From Nitrospirota bacterium (GTDB taxonomy: Bacteria > Nitrospirota > UBA9217): a stretch of 64,000 nucleotides of DNA. Below the pieces are notes generated by a model, which did no database searches, was not told the origin of the DNA, and worked only from the letters and a program-made list of their open reading frames with translations. Position 1 is the stretch's first letter. Every line of letters begins with the position of its first letter. The DNA lies in NCBI GenBank assembly GCA_963740085.1, contig CAVUCU010000005.1:224001-288000 (forward strand), in the 5' to 3' direction. The position numbers and the translations under genes were made by a program. Of the stretch, positions 49,243 through 59,969 are shown piece by piece.

Positions 49243-50922
49243 TTAAAACCGTTCGAACTCCGCGTCTCTGCTATCACCATCTCCATTGCCGTTGCTGTTA
49301 CCTGCCATGCTCAGGGCTACGCCTTTATGCGTCGAGAGTATCGCCTTCTTGGATATGTGTCCGCCCTGGCCGATGGGGGCGATCCGGCCGGGCTTCTTTG
49401 GAGACAGCGCCGTCCTTCGCGTTGCCTGTCCCTCTGTACTGCCAATCTTGAAGAACGCGATGGTGCTCTGGAGCTGCTCGGCCTGGGACGACAGCTCTTC
49501 CGCCGTGGAAGACATTTCCTCGGCAGAACCGGCGTTCTGCTGGATCACCTGATTGAGCTGCTGGATCGCGCTGTTGATCTGATCCGCGCCTGAGGTCTGC
49601 TCCTTGGAGGCAGCGCTGATCTCCTGAACGAGTTCCGACGTCTTGTGGATATCCGGCACGAGTTTGGCCAGCATTTGGCCGGCTTTCTCGGCAACTTCGA
49701 CGCTCGAAGCCGACAGATGACCGATCTCTCCTGCCGCGGTCTGGCTCCGCTCCGCGAGCTTACGCACTTCCGATGCCACGACCGCGAATCCTTTGCCGTG
49801 CTCGCCTGCCCGCGCCGCCTCGATGGCCGCGTTCAGGGCTAAGAGATTTGTCTGCCGCGCGATCTCTTCGATGATCGAGATCTTCTTCGCGATGTCCTTC
49901 ATGGCGCTTACGGTCTCGCTCACGGCCTTGCCGCTCTCCATGGCATCCGACGCTGACTTGAGTGCGATCTTCTCGGTCTGCATGGCATTGTCCGCGTTCT
50001 GTTTGATCGTGGCGTTCATTTCCTCAACCGAAGACGATGCCTCCTCGGCGGAGGCCGCCTGCTCTGTGGTCCCCTGGGACATCTGCTCGGACCCGGCGGA
50101 AAGCTGCTGGCTGCCTGAGGCCACATTGTCGATTGCGGCCCTTACCTCTGTCACTACTTCCTTTAACTTCATTACCATCGAATTGAGCGCACCGGAAAGT
50201 CGACCGATCTCGTCTTTGCCCTCATGGTCTATGGTTACTTCGAGGTTTCCACTGGCTATCTCTCCTGCTTTTTTGGTTAATACGGATAAAGGCATAAGTG
50301 TCGCTCTGACTATTATCACCACAGCCCCAGTCAACAAAAGCATTCCAACTGCCCCTACCACGAGAAGAAAGGTCCTCAATGATCTGGACTTGCCCAGTAA
50401 CTCGCCTAAAGGCATTTTAATGCTTATGGCACCGATGACTGTTCCCTCTTTTACTTTGTGACAGCTAAGACAGCTTCTACCCATAAAATTTGCCATCCCT
50501 ATATATGGATAGACGCCCCGGATATATTCACCTTCAAGCACAACCTTCTCTTTGCCTTTTTCTATGACCTCCTTTTCAATAGCATCTTTTGGATAGTCAT
50601 CAGGAGTACCCTTTCCAAAGTCTTTATCAAGGGCTTCCGCCCGAATTACCCTGAGGTCAATTATATGACCCATCTGTTCGAAAAATGGAGCCTTGGCCTC
50701 TTTGAAATTGCCAGTGATCATCATGGTGGTTAAGGCATTCAGCACCGTGTCCCGATAACCATTGAGCGCTGTCGTTTTCGCTCCGTCAATCACAATCTCC
50801 GTTGACTTATCGCCGGCAACCAAAGCCATGAGTAATATCCCGACAGTTACAATTATGATGATTGGGATTGCTACCTTCCACCTTACCGACATGTCTTTGA
50901 TTTTCATTGATCTGTTCATCAT
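49243..50922 (-). CDS. methyl-accepting chemotaxis protein with periplasmic CxxCH heme sensor
   Basis: TM-sensor (CLSCH)-TM-HAMP; [26 protein letters not shown]; C-terminal EFERF pentapeptide. Confidence 0.93.
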   Translation of the reverse strand: MMNRSMKIKDMSVRWKVAIPIIIIVTVGILLMALVAGDKSTEIVIDGAKTTALNGYRDTVLNALTTMMITGNFKEAKAPFFEQMGHIIDLRVIRAEALDKDFGKGTPDDYPKDAIEKEVIEKGKEKVVLEGEYIRGVYPYIGMANFMGRSCLSCHKVKEGTVIGAISIKMPLGELLGKSRSLRTFLLVVGAVGMLLLTGAVVIIVRATLMPLSVLTKKAGEIASGNLEVTIDHEGKDEIGRLSGALNSMVMKLKEVVTEVRAAIDNVASGSQQLSAGSEQMSQGTTEQAASAEEASSSVEEMNATIKQNADNAMQTEKIALKSASDAMESGKAVSETVSAMKDIAKKISIIEEIARQTNLLALNAAIEAARAGEHGKGFAVVASEVRKLAERSQTAAGEIGHLSASSVEVAEKAGQMLAKLVPDIHKTSELVQEISAASKEQTSGADQINSAIQQLNQVIQQNAGSAEEMSSTAEELSSQAEQLQSTIAFFKIGSTEGQATRRTALSPKKPGRIAPIGQGGHISKKAILSTHKGVALSMAGNSNGNGDGDSRDAEFERF

Positions 50923-51043
50923 TTCGCTCTCCTTTTTCGTCGTGCATTACTCATTTTATATTTTAAGATCAGGGCTGCTCTTGCTCGATTTCCTTGATCT
51001 CCCCAACTATCCAAACTGAATGCCTCAGAACTAGCTGAACTTA

Positions 51044-51060
51044 TGCAAGCGCGATGCCAA
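51044..51060 (-). promoter_or_regulatory. sigma54 (-24/-12) promoter of mcp-cheW-cheR-cheB
   Basis: Minus strand TTGGCAT-CGCGC-TTGCA. Confidence 0.85.
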
Positions 51061-51113
51061 CTCAAAATCTCCAGTATTTCAGCGCATTATCGCATCGAAA
51101 GCCCTTCATTGCA

Positions 51114-51147
51114 AGACAACCTGTCTCCAGGTAAGGACAATCTATCC
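51114..51147. promoter_or_regulatory. putative enhancer-binding-protein sites (paired GACA-n3-TGTC)
   Basis: AGACAACCTGTCT and GGACAATCTATCC, 21 bp apart. Confidence 0.6.
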
Positions 51148-51451
51148 GAGGGCAAAGCGCTGTGGAATTGCAGCACGGGTCGTATCGTCAAAGGCACAGC
51201 AATTCAATCCTGCGAGCGGAAATACCCTGCATGCATACAAAAGGGCCGACTCCCCCTTCCCTTGCGCCATCGGGAACTCAGCGATTCTATCGGATCTCTC
51301 GCTGACGCGCCTCACACACTCTCCCGAACATCGGCTGTCGCAGGTGGCTCTGCCGCCATGCGGTTTTGCCGTTATTCGGACATTCGGATATCGGCACTCC
51401 GACGGACGTTGTGTCCGGAAGCAACCTCGGAGTCTTCGGGCATGCCGGTTG

Positions 51452-51826
51452 TTACCGCGAGTCGGCAAAAAGCGCTTCGATGAGCGCATGGAAGTCACTC
51501 GGCTGAACGGGTTTCGTCACATACCCGCGTGCGCCGAGGGCAATTCCCCGATTCGTATCTTCTTCCCTTCCTTCGGTGCTCGAAATAACGATCGGAATGT
51601 GCTCGTACGTTCCGAGTTCTTTTACCTTTTTGATGAACTCGATGCCGCCCATCACCGGCATATTGATATCGAGCAGTATCAGGTCGATATCGGGGTGCTG
51701 AGCAAGCTTGTCCAGGCCAATCTGGCCGTTCTGCGCAATCACCATGGCGCATTTGTATCGCATCAGCACCATCTTGTACATTTGATGGATCAACGCAGAA
51801 TCGTCAACAATCAAAACCTTTTTCAT
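51452..51826 (-). CDS. single-domain response regulator (CheY-like)
   Basis: VLIVDD, LILLDINMP and YVTKP. Confidence 0.9.
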   Translation of the reverse strand: MKKVLIVDDSALIHQMYKMVLMRYKCAMVIAQNGQIGLDKLAQHPDIDLILLDINMPVMGGIEFIKKVKELGTYEHIPIVISSTEGREEDTNRGIALGARGYVTKPVQPSDFHALIEALFADSR

Positions 51827-51901
51827 AATATGCCCTCCTCAAGATAGCTCGTTTCCCGGGGAAGAGAACGCTGTTCGCTCTTCTGCCCCGGTGAACCGGA
51901 T

Positions 51902-52729
51902 TTATTTTTCTTTCAGCAGATCCAGGAAGCTCTGGATCGTCGTTAATTTCCGTTCGGACTCGGAATACAGTTTCGAGGAAAAGAGCGCCGTTGCCGCGTG
52001 GCCCGCCAGCATCGAGAACAGCTCGAAGTCCATGGCCGTGAGTTCGTCCTTCTGGACGAGCAGCTTGTAGATCACGATCGTGCCGATGACATGCTCCTTG
52101 ATCTTGAGCGGGATGCAGACGAGCGGGTTTGCATAGTCCACCCCCGTCACATCGGAGGGATCGCCCTTCCGGTAGTATGCTTCTCCGGTCTTGACCGCCA
52201 TGCCGATGATGCCATGACCGAGCCGGATGCTGGCCCGCGCCTGGGGCCCCATCCCCTCCTGCGCCACGATCGAAAGTTCGTTCAACTTCTCGTCGAGCAG
52301 CATGATGGAGAACTCCTCGGCGCCGATAAGGTTCATCACGATCTCGAGAATGATTTTGAGGCTCTCGTTGAAGTCCAGGGTGGAATGGAGCTGGTAGCTT
52401 GCCACGTAGAGGTTGGCAAGGTTGTTGTTCTCTGTCTCGACCTCCACATACCTGCTCGCAAAATCCTTGTTTTCCTCCTCCACCTGGCGGTACTGGCCCA
52501 GGAGGGTCCTGTTCTCCTCCTCCAGGAGACAGATCCGCTCCTCCAGGGAGTTCAACTGGGAGCTGCCGGTCCGGTTGGCGGGCCGGGTCTTCCCTTCGAG
52601 CTGGACGATCTTGTACCGGAGCTTCTCATTTTCTTTCAGCAGTTCATGAGTGAATTCCTCTCCTTTTCGGAAGACTTGAAGAAAGTCCTCCACTTTTTTG
52701 GAAAGCGTACCTGCCTCTGTCGTATCCAT
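51902..52729 (-). CDS. coiled-coil plus GAF domain protein
   Basis: N-terminal heptad coiled coil; GAF motifs (LHSTLDF, CIPLK, LAGHAATAL). Confidence 0.82.
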   Translation of the reverse strand: MDTTEAGTLSKKVEDFLQVFRKGEEFTHELLKENEKLRYKIVQLEGKTRPANRTGSSQLNSLEERICLLEEENRTLLGQYRQVEEENKDFASRYVEVETENNNLANLYVASYQLHSTLDFNESLKIILEIVMNLIGAEEFSIMLLDEKLNELSIVAQEGMGPQARASIRLGHGIIGMAVKTGEAYYRKGDPSDVTGVDYANPLVCIPLKIKEHVIGTIVIYKLLVQKDELTAMDFELFSMLAGHAATALFSSKLYSESERKLTTIQSFLDLLKEK

Positions 52730-52859
52730 GGATCCTCCTTGGAGAAATTATAGAATCGATCGAACCGTCAGTCCCTCTCTGTACTGCATACTGGTGAAAT
52801 GCCTGCCCTCGCGTGACAGCAAACGGATATACCCGGGGCCAGGAACCGGATCGTGTTGA

Positions 52860-53402
52860 TCATTCCCGGCCTTTCGTGCCTGCCAGGATCACACGAGGCC
52901 GCAAGCGCTTGAGCAGGACCTCGCCCGTGTGGGTATTGAAAAACAATTTCCGCCCGGTTGTACCCCCCACATCAAGCGAGAGGATGCTGAGTCCTTCCTT
53001 TTCGAGTGCCTGCAGTGCCATCGCGGCGTTCCTCTTCCCGATGGAGATCCCGCCTCTGCCGCCCGGCCCTGCGCCGAACATGTCCGCGCCGCCGAACACC
53101 TTGATCTCGATCTCATGAAGCAACACTCCCCGTTGTTTGAATCGCTTCATCATCCATTGGATGGCGCAATCCACGTACTTGCCCGGCTCCGGGCACTCGC
53201 CGCCGCACCGTCCCTTTTGCGGTTCCCGGCATTCCGGCAAAAACCCGTGACAGATCGCGCCGATGCCCGAGCGACGGTGAAACATGGTCACCGCAAGGCA
53301 GGAGCCGAGCACGGTATAGATGCTTGCCGATTGCTCTGCAAAGTGGATCTCCCCGGTCTTGAGGTAGATCACCGGTAATGTGTTCCCTGATAAGCTCATC
53401 AT
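52860..53402 (-). CDS. cheD: chemoreceptor glutamine deamidase
   Basis: TVLGSCLAV, ICHGFLP, KVFGGA, IGKRN and DVGG.TGRK. Confidence 0.92.
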   Translation of the reverse strand: MMSLSGNTLPVIYLKTGEIHFAEQSASIYTVLGSCLAVTMFHRRSGIGAICHGFLPECREPQKGRCGGECPEPGKYVDCAIQWMMKRFKQRGVLLHEIEIKVFGGADMFGAGPGGRGGISIGKRNAAMALQALEKEGLSILSLDVGGTTGRKLFFNTHTGEVLLKRLRPRVILAGTKGRE

Positions 53403-53441
53403 GTTTTTATCGAGACCATTGATCCTAATAACGGCGGTTGG

Positions 53442-53562
53442 AACCACAGATGAACACGGGTAAGACCTTCAATCAATAACGTATTTCGAACGAGAGCTTC
53501 ACCCTATTGGCGCCTCTAATTTTTGTCTTAAGACTTTGAATCATCTTTGGTTATCCGTGGTT
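53442..53562. repeat. 9-nt-periodic palindromic element
   Basis: AACCACAGATGAACACGG ... ATCTTTGGTTATCCGTGGTT. Confidence 0.6.
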
Positions 53563-53705
53563 ACATGCTTTTTCCAGTTTTGATGCGACGCGTTCGAAGG
53601 AGCATCTCAACCGGCACATGACCGTGCCACCTCTACGGGCCGTGAGCGGCACGTTCGGCACGAACATCGCGCTGCGGGAACCCGGTGACGGCATGACCGG
53701 AGTCC

Positions 53706-55847
53706 TTAACCGTTCTTGCTGGCTTTTTCGTGTTCCGCCATCGCCGCCAGCCGAGGTAGGTCCAGGATCAGGGCCATGGTGCCGTCTCCCAGGATCGTCG
53801 CGCCGGATACGCCCTCGATGTCCTTGTAGACGCTGCCGAGGTTCTTGATCACCGTCTGGTGTCCGCCGATCACGCGGTCCACCACGAAACCGGTTCGCTG
53901 ATCATCTATCGACACGATCACGATCTGTTCAATGGAGGGACTCTCCCCATCGATCCTGAATTGCTCGCGGAGGCGGATGAACGGAACGATCTTTCCCCGC
54001 ACACGGGCCAGATCACGGCCATTGGCCCTCTGTATGTCTTTGAGTGTCAGCTCCACGCATTCCTCCACCAGGGAAAGCGGCATGATGAACGACTCCGCGC
54101 CGATCCTGACCAGAAGACCATCGATGATCGCGAGGGTAAGGGGGAGCTTCAGCGTTATTGTCGTGCCCGAACCTTTTTTGCTGCTGATCTCGATGTTGCC
54201 GCGCAGCGAATCGATGGCTCGTTTCACCACATCCATTCCCACGCCCCGGCCTGACAAACTCGTGATTTTTTTCGCAGTAGAAAAGCCCGGCGCAAGGATG
54301 AGCGAAAAGAGCTCCTTTTCCGTCAGTTTTGCATCGGAAGATATCAGTCTTTTTTCCACGGCCTTTGCGCGGATCACATCTGGGTCAAGGCCCTTGCCAT
54401 CGTCCCGGACCTGCACGATAACATGCGAGCCCGAATGTTTTGCAGACAGATGGATCGTGCCGCTCAGTGGCTTACCGTCGGCCACCCGGTCCTCCGTCAG
54501 CTCGATGCCATGGTCGATGCTGTTCCTGATGATGTGGATCAGCGGGTCGCTCAATCGTTCGATCACGGTCTTGTCCAGCTCGGTCTCCTCACCCGAGGTC
54601 GTCAGCTCGATCTCTTTATCGAGCTCCGAGGAGAGGTCCCGGACGAGACGCTTGAACTTGCTGAATATCGTGCCTATGGGCAGCATCCGGATGCTCATGG
54701 TGTTGTCGCGCAGCGACGTGGTCAGACGCTCTACCTCTTCGGCAATAGAAAGCAGCGAGGTGATGCCGGTGGTGAGGGCCGTCTGGCTGAGGCGGGCCTG
54801 AACCGTCACGAGCTCTCCGACAAGATTGGCCAGGTTGTCAAGCTTGTCGGTCGACACGCGGATGCTCGATGTCGCATCATCACCCTGACGCTGCGCCCGC
54901 ACTTCCCGGACATGCCGCTGCTCGACCAAGGCGGACTCCACGTGTCCGGGAGTTACCGCTCCTGCCTCTACCAGCATCTCGCCGATAAGCTTTCTTGACT
55001 TCAGCACTTCCTGGAGATCATCGGTCGTCAGATCTCCTCGCTCGACCAGGATATCAGCCAGTCTCTTATAGCTCTGCTCATCTTCCAGTCTTCCCTCTTC
55101 ATCGATGATATCCACAGCCAGTTCGGAGCCGTCCTGAACAAAAATAAACACATCCTGAATGGCGTCCACGCCCTGGGAGGTGGTCAAAATCACGTCCCAG
55201 TACGTATAGCATGTCTGAGGGTTGATGTCTTCCAGATACGGGACCTCGTCCGTCTGAGCCACGACCTCGCACGTCCCGAGCGTGCGCAATTCGTTCAGCA
55301 GGTTGATAGGGTTCGTTCCCCGGACAAAGACCTCCGCACCCGGCCGGAAGCGTATCCGATAGGTGATGTGTCGTAGCTGTCCTTCAGCTGCCGACGCCGG
55401 GGTTGCCTTTCTCCGCGTCCCTGCTTCGGGCGCCAGCGCTCTGAACGATGCAACGATCGACGCTGTTTTCGACTCATCGACCGAACCACCCTTATAATAG
55501 TGGTCGAAGAGCGACTCGATCTGGTCGCAGGCCTGCAGGGTCAGATTGATGATCTCGTGAGTGGCGTTGGCTTTTCCGCTTCTGACCCTGTCGAAGATCG
55601 TCTCCAGCTCGTGCGTGAATGCGACGATCTCACGGAACTCGCATGCCCCGCCGGACCCCTTGATGGTATGCATGGCCCGGAATGCCCTGCCGATCTGCTC
55701 CATGTTATCAGGGGCCTTCTCGAGCTCAAGCAGCGAGCTCTCGAGTTCGGCCAGCAACTCATAGGCCTCTTCCCGGAAGGTTACCCGGAGCGCGTGGACC
55801 ATGGTCTCAGCGCTGTAATCTTCGTTGTCTTTCAGCTCGTTCGTCAT
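53706..55847 (-). CDS. cheA: chemotaxis histidine kinase
   Basis: HPt FRAMHTIKG; RNSIDHG; DDGKG; GFSTA..SGRGVGMDVV; C-terminal CheW-like domain. Confidence 0.97.
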   Translation of the reverse strand: MTNELKDNEDYSAETMVHALRVTFREEAYELLAELESSLLELEKAPDNMEQIGRAFRAMHTIKGSGGACEFREIVAFTHELETIFDRVRSGKANATHEIINLTLQACDQIESLFDHYYKGGSVDESKTASIVASFRALAPEAGTRRKATPASAAEGQLRHITYRIRFRPGAEVFVRGTNPINLLNELRTLGTCEVVAQTDEVPYLEDINPQTCYTYWDVILTTSQGVDAIQDVFIFVQDGSELAVDIIDEEGRLEDEQSYKRLADILVERGDLTTDDLQEVLKSRKLIGEMLVEAGAVTPGHVESALVEQRHVREVRAQRQGDDATSSIRVSTDKLDNLANLVGELVTVQARLSQTALTTGITSLLSIAEEVERLTTSLRDNTMSIRMLPIGTIFSKFKRLVRDLSSELDKEIELTTSGEETELDKTVIERLSDPLIHIIRNSIDHGIELTEDRVADGKPLSGTIHLSAKHSGSHVIVQVRDDGKGLDPDVIRAKAVEKRLISSDAKLTEKELFSLILAPGFSTAKKITSLSGRGVGMDVVKRAIDSLRGNIEISSKKGSGTTITLKLPLTLAIIDGLLVRIGAESFIMPLSLVEECVELTLKDIQRANGRDLARVRGKIVPFIRLREQFRIDGESPSIEQIVIVSIDDQRTGFVVDRVIGGHQTVIKNLGSVYKDIEGVSGATILGDGTMALILDLPRLAAMAEHEKASKNG

Positions 55848-55856
55848 GTTCTCCCC

Positions 55857-56198
55857 CTAGGCCGCGGCCATCCAGATACAGCTCTTGTCGCAGTCCAGCT
55901 TGCATCCCTTCAAACGCGCGTACCCGGCGGCCTCTACCGCTTCATTCATCACGGGCGGCAGACTGCCTTCGATGCACACCCGCTTCTTCAGCCTGACCGC
56001 GCTCCGATGCGCGGAGCAAAGCAATTGAAGACAGGACACGTCCACTTCCTGTACGCTTCCAAAGCCAATGGAGATGTCGTAGGTGTCGAGGAGCGCTCTG
56101 AGGAGCGCTTTCCTCAGCTCTTCCGCATACGGCAGCGTGAGCTCTCCCTCCAGTGTCAGAACACCGCTCTTACCTGATAGTTTGAACATTGCGATCAT
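55857..56198 (-). CDS. STAS domain protein
   Basis: LEGELT and VDVSCLQLL..AH; directly upstream of cheA. Confidence 0.85.
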   Translation of the reverse strand: MIAMFKLSGKSGVLTLEGELTLPYAEELRKALLRALLDTYDISIGFGSVQEVDVSCLQLLCSAHRSAVRLKKRVCIEGSLPPVMNEAVEAAGYARLKGCKLDCDKSCIWMAAA

Positions 56199-56305
56199 GG
56201 AATTCCGTCCTCCCTTCCTGGTTCGTGATGTTCACCGGGGTGCTGCTCACCGTGCATGGACCGCTACCTGCTCCGCATGCTGTACGAGCCTGGGGCTATC
56301 GAGTA

Positions 56306-57343
56306 TCAACGCGACCGTTGCCTTCCCCCTCTCGCATCAGGATGACCCGCTCGCAGAATCTGGACAAAATAATCCACCAGCATGGGATCGAACTGCCTCG
56401 CCGAACAGGCAATGAGTTCGGCTATCGCCGTCATTCTATCTGCCGCGGCGCGGTACGGTCTGTTGGACAGAATAGAATCGTAGGCGTCGGCGACGGCGAT
56501 GATCCGTGCGGACAAGGGTATGCCGTTTCCGGCCAGGCCTGCCGGGTAACCGCTGCCATCGTAGTTTTCATGGTGATGAAGAATGCCGGGCAGAAGAGCT
56601 TCAAATTGTCTTAGCGGACGAAGGATTTCCACTCCCTTGCGCGAATGACTCTTGATGATCGTCATTTCTTCTTCGCTCAATTCGCCTTTTTTCCCCAGAA
56701 TGGCGTTGCTGATGCCGATCTTGCCGATATCATGGAGCAGAGCGGCCGCCCTGATATTTTCAAAAGCGAGTGCGTCGAAGTCCAGTCTCCTGGCAATCAA
56801 ACAGCAGTAGTCGCTTACCCGGATGCTGTGGCCGTAGGTTCCAAGATCTTTTGTTTCCGCGGCCTGGCACAGGGACACAAGGACGGACAAATAGGTGTAA
56901 TTGAGATCGTCGGTTTTTCCCCTGACCTTCAACTCCCGGCCGGCTATCAAAGCCCGATTCTCCCGTTCAAGCGACTTCTTCCCGTACACGTAATCGATGG
57001 ACCTGAGTATCTCTTCGATCCGAAAGGGTTTGCGGATGAAATCGCTTGCGCCTGTTTTGAGCGCTTCGACGGCAAGATCAATGTCCGGACTGCCCGTCAT
57101 GATCACGAAATCCAGCGCGGGGTTCTGCTTCGCCATCTGCGGCATGAGATCAACACCTCTCATCGGGCCAAGGAAATTGTCGATGAACGCTATCTGGAAG
57201 GTGTCCCCGCGTGCGCACAGCATTGCCTCATCGGGTCCCGATGCCGTTTTAACGTAGTACCCCATATCCGTGAGCGCCATGGACAGCGTCTCTAACAGTC
57301 GTACTTCGTCGTCTACCAGGAGTATCCTCGCGTCCAATGCCAT
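56306..57343 (-). CDS. response regulator with HD-GYP phosphodiesterase domain
   Basis: REC domain; GHS.RV, LHDIGK, HHENYDGSGYP and VADAYD...RPYR. Confidence 0.9.
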   Translation of the reverse strand: MALDARILLVDDEVRLLETLSMALTDMGYYVKTASGPDEAMLCARGDTFQIAFIDNFLGPMRGVDLMPQMAKQNPALDFVIMTGSPDIDLAVEALKTGASDFIRKPFRIEEILRSIDYVYGKKSLERENRALIAGRELKVRGKTDDLNYTYLSVLVSLCQAAETKDLGTYGHSIRVSDYCCLIARRLDFDALAFENIRAAALLHDIGKIGISNAILGKKGELSEEEMTIIKSHSRKGVEILRPLRQFEALLPGILHHHENYDGSGYPAGLAGNGIPLSARIIAVADAYDSILSNRPYRAAADRMTAIAELIACSARQFDPMLVDYFVQILRAGHPDARGGRQRSR

Positions 57344-57399
57344 AGAGAGTTTCACCAATCATGTAGGATATTTATATTTCGTCGTAACGCTTGAGATTG

Positions 57400-57433
57400 T
57401 GCAAAGATAATGCCAGGATCTAACCAGTTGATT
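57400..57433 (-). promoter_or_regulatory. sigma54 promoter with adjacent IHF site
   Basis: Minus strand TGGCAT-TATCT-TTGCA (57415-57400); AATCAACTGGTTA (57433-57421) matches IHF WATCAANNNNTTR. Confidence 0.85.
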
Positions 57434-57470
57434 GTTCAGCAGAAGGAACACGAGGAGGTAGGTGAGTCGG

Positions 57471-57504
57471 GGACATGTTGTACTGCGTCAGGGACAGGTT
57501 GTCA
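57471..57504. promoter_or_regulatory. putative enhancer-binding-protein sites (paired GACA-n3-TGTC)
   Basis: GGACATGTTGTAC and GGACAGGTTGTCA, 21 bp apart. Confidence 0.6.
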
Positions 57505-59892
57505 GGGAAGAAGCTGCGGCGCAAGCGGCAGCTTGATCGTAAAGGCGGCGCCATGGCCCTGCTCTGATGCGACGTCAATTGAGCCTTGGTGGCTGGCGAT
57601 GATCTTCCGGGCAATGGAAAGCCCCAGCCCGGTGCCGCCTGTTTCGGCTTTCGTCGTAAAAAACGGGGAGAATATTTTCGCGATATTTTCAGGGGATATC
57701 CCCGGACCGGTGTCGCTGATCATGACGTATGCGTTGTCCGCCCGGATCGCTGTTTCTATCTTGAGCGTGCCTTTACTTTCCATAGCATCGAGGGCATTGA
57801 TGATAAGGGCCACAATGACCTGTCTCAATTCTCCCTCGCTGCCGCGGATCAGCGGCCGGCCCTGATACTCTTTTATGACCTCCACCTGTTTGAGCCTCCC
57901 TTGATAGCCGATGAGACTGAGCGCGCTGTCGATCGCCTGGTGAACATCGACCGTGCTCCGGTCAGCGGACGTCTTTCGGAAAAAAGAAAGCATGTTGCCC
58001 GTAATGTCACGGCAGCGGAGGACCTCATCGTCGATGATCTGCAGGTACTTTTTGAAGATCGCCTGATCATACGGGACCTTGTCCACCCGCAGGAGGAGCG
58101 ATTCGGCGGAGATTATGATCGATTCCAGCGGATTATTGATCTCATGGGCGATGCCGGTTGCCATCTCACCCAGCGAGGCAAGTCGTTCATTCATGATCAA
58201 CTGCATCTCGTATTCCTTCCGTTCGGTGATGTCTCTCGCAATATGGATCGATCCGACAATATCACCCTCGGGAGAATAATACGGGAACGTGGAGATGTTG
58301 AACGTTCTTTGGGTGTTTGCGTCAACGATTTCTTCAAGCACTGGCATGGCGGCATCCGCGGACCGTTGGGGAGAGCAGCCCAGAAGCGGCGATGATGCTC
58401 CATGCGGGAAAAGCGCATGACATTTCTTCTGAAAGACCTCTTGGGGTGTCAAACCCAGATACGCCGCATAGGCCTTGTTCGCCTTGATGATCGTGAAATT
58501 ATTGTCGTGGATGGAGATCATGTCCGTAATACTGTCGAAGGTATCCCGCCATTCTTTCTGCGATCGGCGCTCCCGGAGAGCTTCTTCGGACCGCTTGATC
58601 TGAGATAAGTCGGTTGTGATACCGACGTAGTTGCTGACAATGCCAGCATCATCCTTTACGGCACTGATGGAAAGCCACTTCGGGTAAATCTCGCCGCTCT
58701 TTTTTCTGTCCCAGATTTCTCCTGACCACTGACCCGTTTCGATGATCGAGCGCCACATCTCCACGTAGAATTCCCGGTTATGCCTGCCCGATTTCAGGAT
58801 CCGGGGGTTCTTCCCCAGAACCTCATTTTTTGTAAATCCTGACTTCAATACAAATGACTCGTTCACGTCCACGATGTTCGCGTCGGCGTCGGTGATGACA
58901 ACGGACTCAGACGTTGTTTGAAGGAACTTTGCCGACAGCTGCATACTCCTCTCTACTGTCTTTCGCCATGTAATATCCTTGGAAACCGAAATCACTCCGA
59001 TCAGATCCCCCGTGTTGCTCCTGACGGCGGTAGAGGTCAGTTCCTGGTTGAACGTCGTTCCATCCTTCCTCGTCGCGACGACCTCCCGTGTCCACGGCTG
59101 CCATTTTATATCCTGCCGCTTTTTTACTGTGTTCATCTTGGCAGGGTTGAAGATGGATGCGTTTTTTCCCACCAGATCATGGACAGTATACCCATGCATC
59201 CCGGCCTCCGCATCGTTCGTAAATAAAATAATCCCCTCAGAATCTGTCATGGTGATACCGGCCGGGGCGACCTCAATGGCTCTCCTCAGCAGCATAAGCT
59301 CTTCATTCTTTTGCCGTATTTGGAGCTCTGTTAAGGATTTCATCATCGTAAGTGAGACGGCGGAAGCAATTCTCTTCAACTGGGCAACGTCGCTCTCGGA
59401 GATTTCTGAGCGTCTGCCGACACCAAGCACCCCGATGACGGAACCGCCCGCGAACAGAGGAAAGCGTGCTATGGACTTAAAGCCGAAGATCGACGCGACC
59501 ATCCCGGACAATTTCTTAAGCGTGGTATTGTCTGTATAGTCCTCAAAAGCCTTGCGAACGTCGTTCGTCACGATCGCGCGGTTGTTATATACGACGTCAT
59601 AAAACGAGGTGCCTTCACGGAGAGAGATCGTGAGCTCCTTCAACTTTATTCCGATCAAATCCATAACCTTATTGACAGCCGTCATGTCAGCTGCAATCGA
59701 GATATACCGCAGGCACTTCCGGTCCTCGTCCAGCAGATAGACGTTGCAGGCATCGTACGACAACAGGTCTTTCACGCTGCTGGTCACGGTCGAGAGGATA
59801 CTCTCCAACAGTTGACCGTCTATCATCGCATTGTGGACCTTGCTCATGATTTCCAGTTCGGAAAGTCGATCCTTTATCAGACGCTCATTCAT
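57502..59892 (-). CDS. cytoplasmic GAF-PAS-PAS-PAS sensor histidine kinase (NtrB-like)
   Basis: GAF, three PAS/PAC; AHEINNPL H-box, DTGPG, FFTTK and GTGLGL. Confidence 0.9.
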   Translation of the reverse strand: MNERLIKDRLSELEIMSKVHNAMIDGQLLESILSTVTSSVKDLLSYDACNVYLLDEDRKCLRYISIAADMTAVNKVMDLIGIKLKELTISLREGTSFYDVVYNNRAIVTNDVRKAFEDYTDNTTLKKLSGMVASIFGFKSIARFPLFAGGSVIGVLGVGRRSEISESDVAQLKRIASAVSLTMMKSLTELQIRQKNEELMLLRRAIEVAPAGITMTDSEGIILFTNDAEAGMHGYTVHDLVGKNASIFNPAKMNTVKKRQDIKWQPWTREVVATRKDGTTFNQELTSTAVRSNTGDLIGVISVSKDITWRKTVERSMQLSAKFLQTTSESVVITDADANIVDVNESFVLKSGFTKNEVLGKNPRILKSGRHNREFYVEMWRSIIETGQWSGEIWDRKKSGEIYPKWLSISAVKDDAGIVSNYVGITTDLSQIKRSEEALRERRSQKEWRDTFDSITDMISIHDNNFTIIKANKAYAAYLGLTPQEVFQKKCHALFPHGASSPLLGCSPQRSADAAMPVLEEIVDANTQRTFNISTFPYYSPEGDIVGSIHIARDITERKEYEMQLIMNERLASLGEMATGIAHEINNPLESIIISAESLLLRVDKVPYDQAIFKKYLQIIDDEVLRCRDITGNMLSFFRKTSADRSTVDVHQAIDSALSLIGYQGRLKQVEVIKEYQGRPLIRGSEGELRQVIVALIINALDAMESKGTLKIETAIRADNAYVMISDTGPGISPENIAKIFSPFFTTKAETGGTGLGLSIARKIIASHQGSIDVASEQGHGAAFTIKLPLAPQLLP

Positions 59893-59969
59893 ATATCTCT
59901 CTCGTGGTTGCCTGGGCATGCCGGGCTCTTTTGGGACCTGCTGGAAATGTCGTGAACCAGCGCCGCCTT

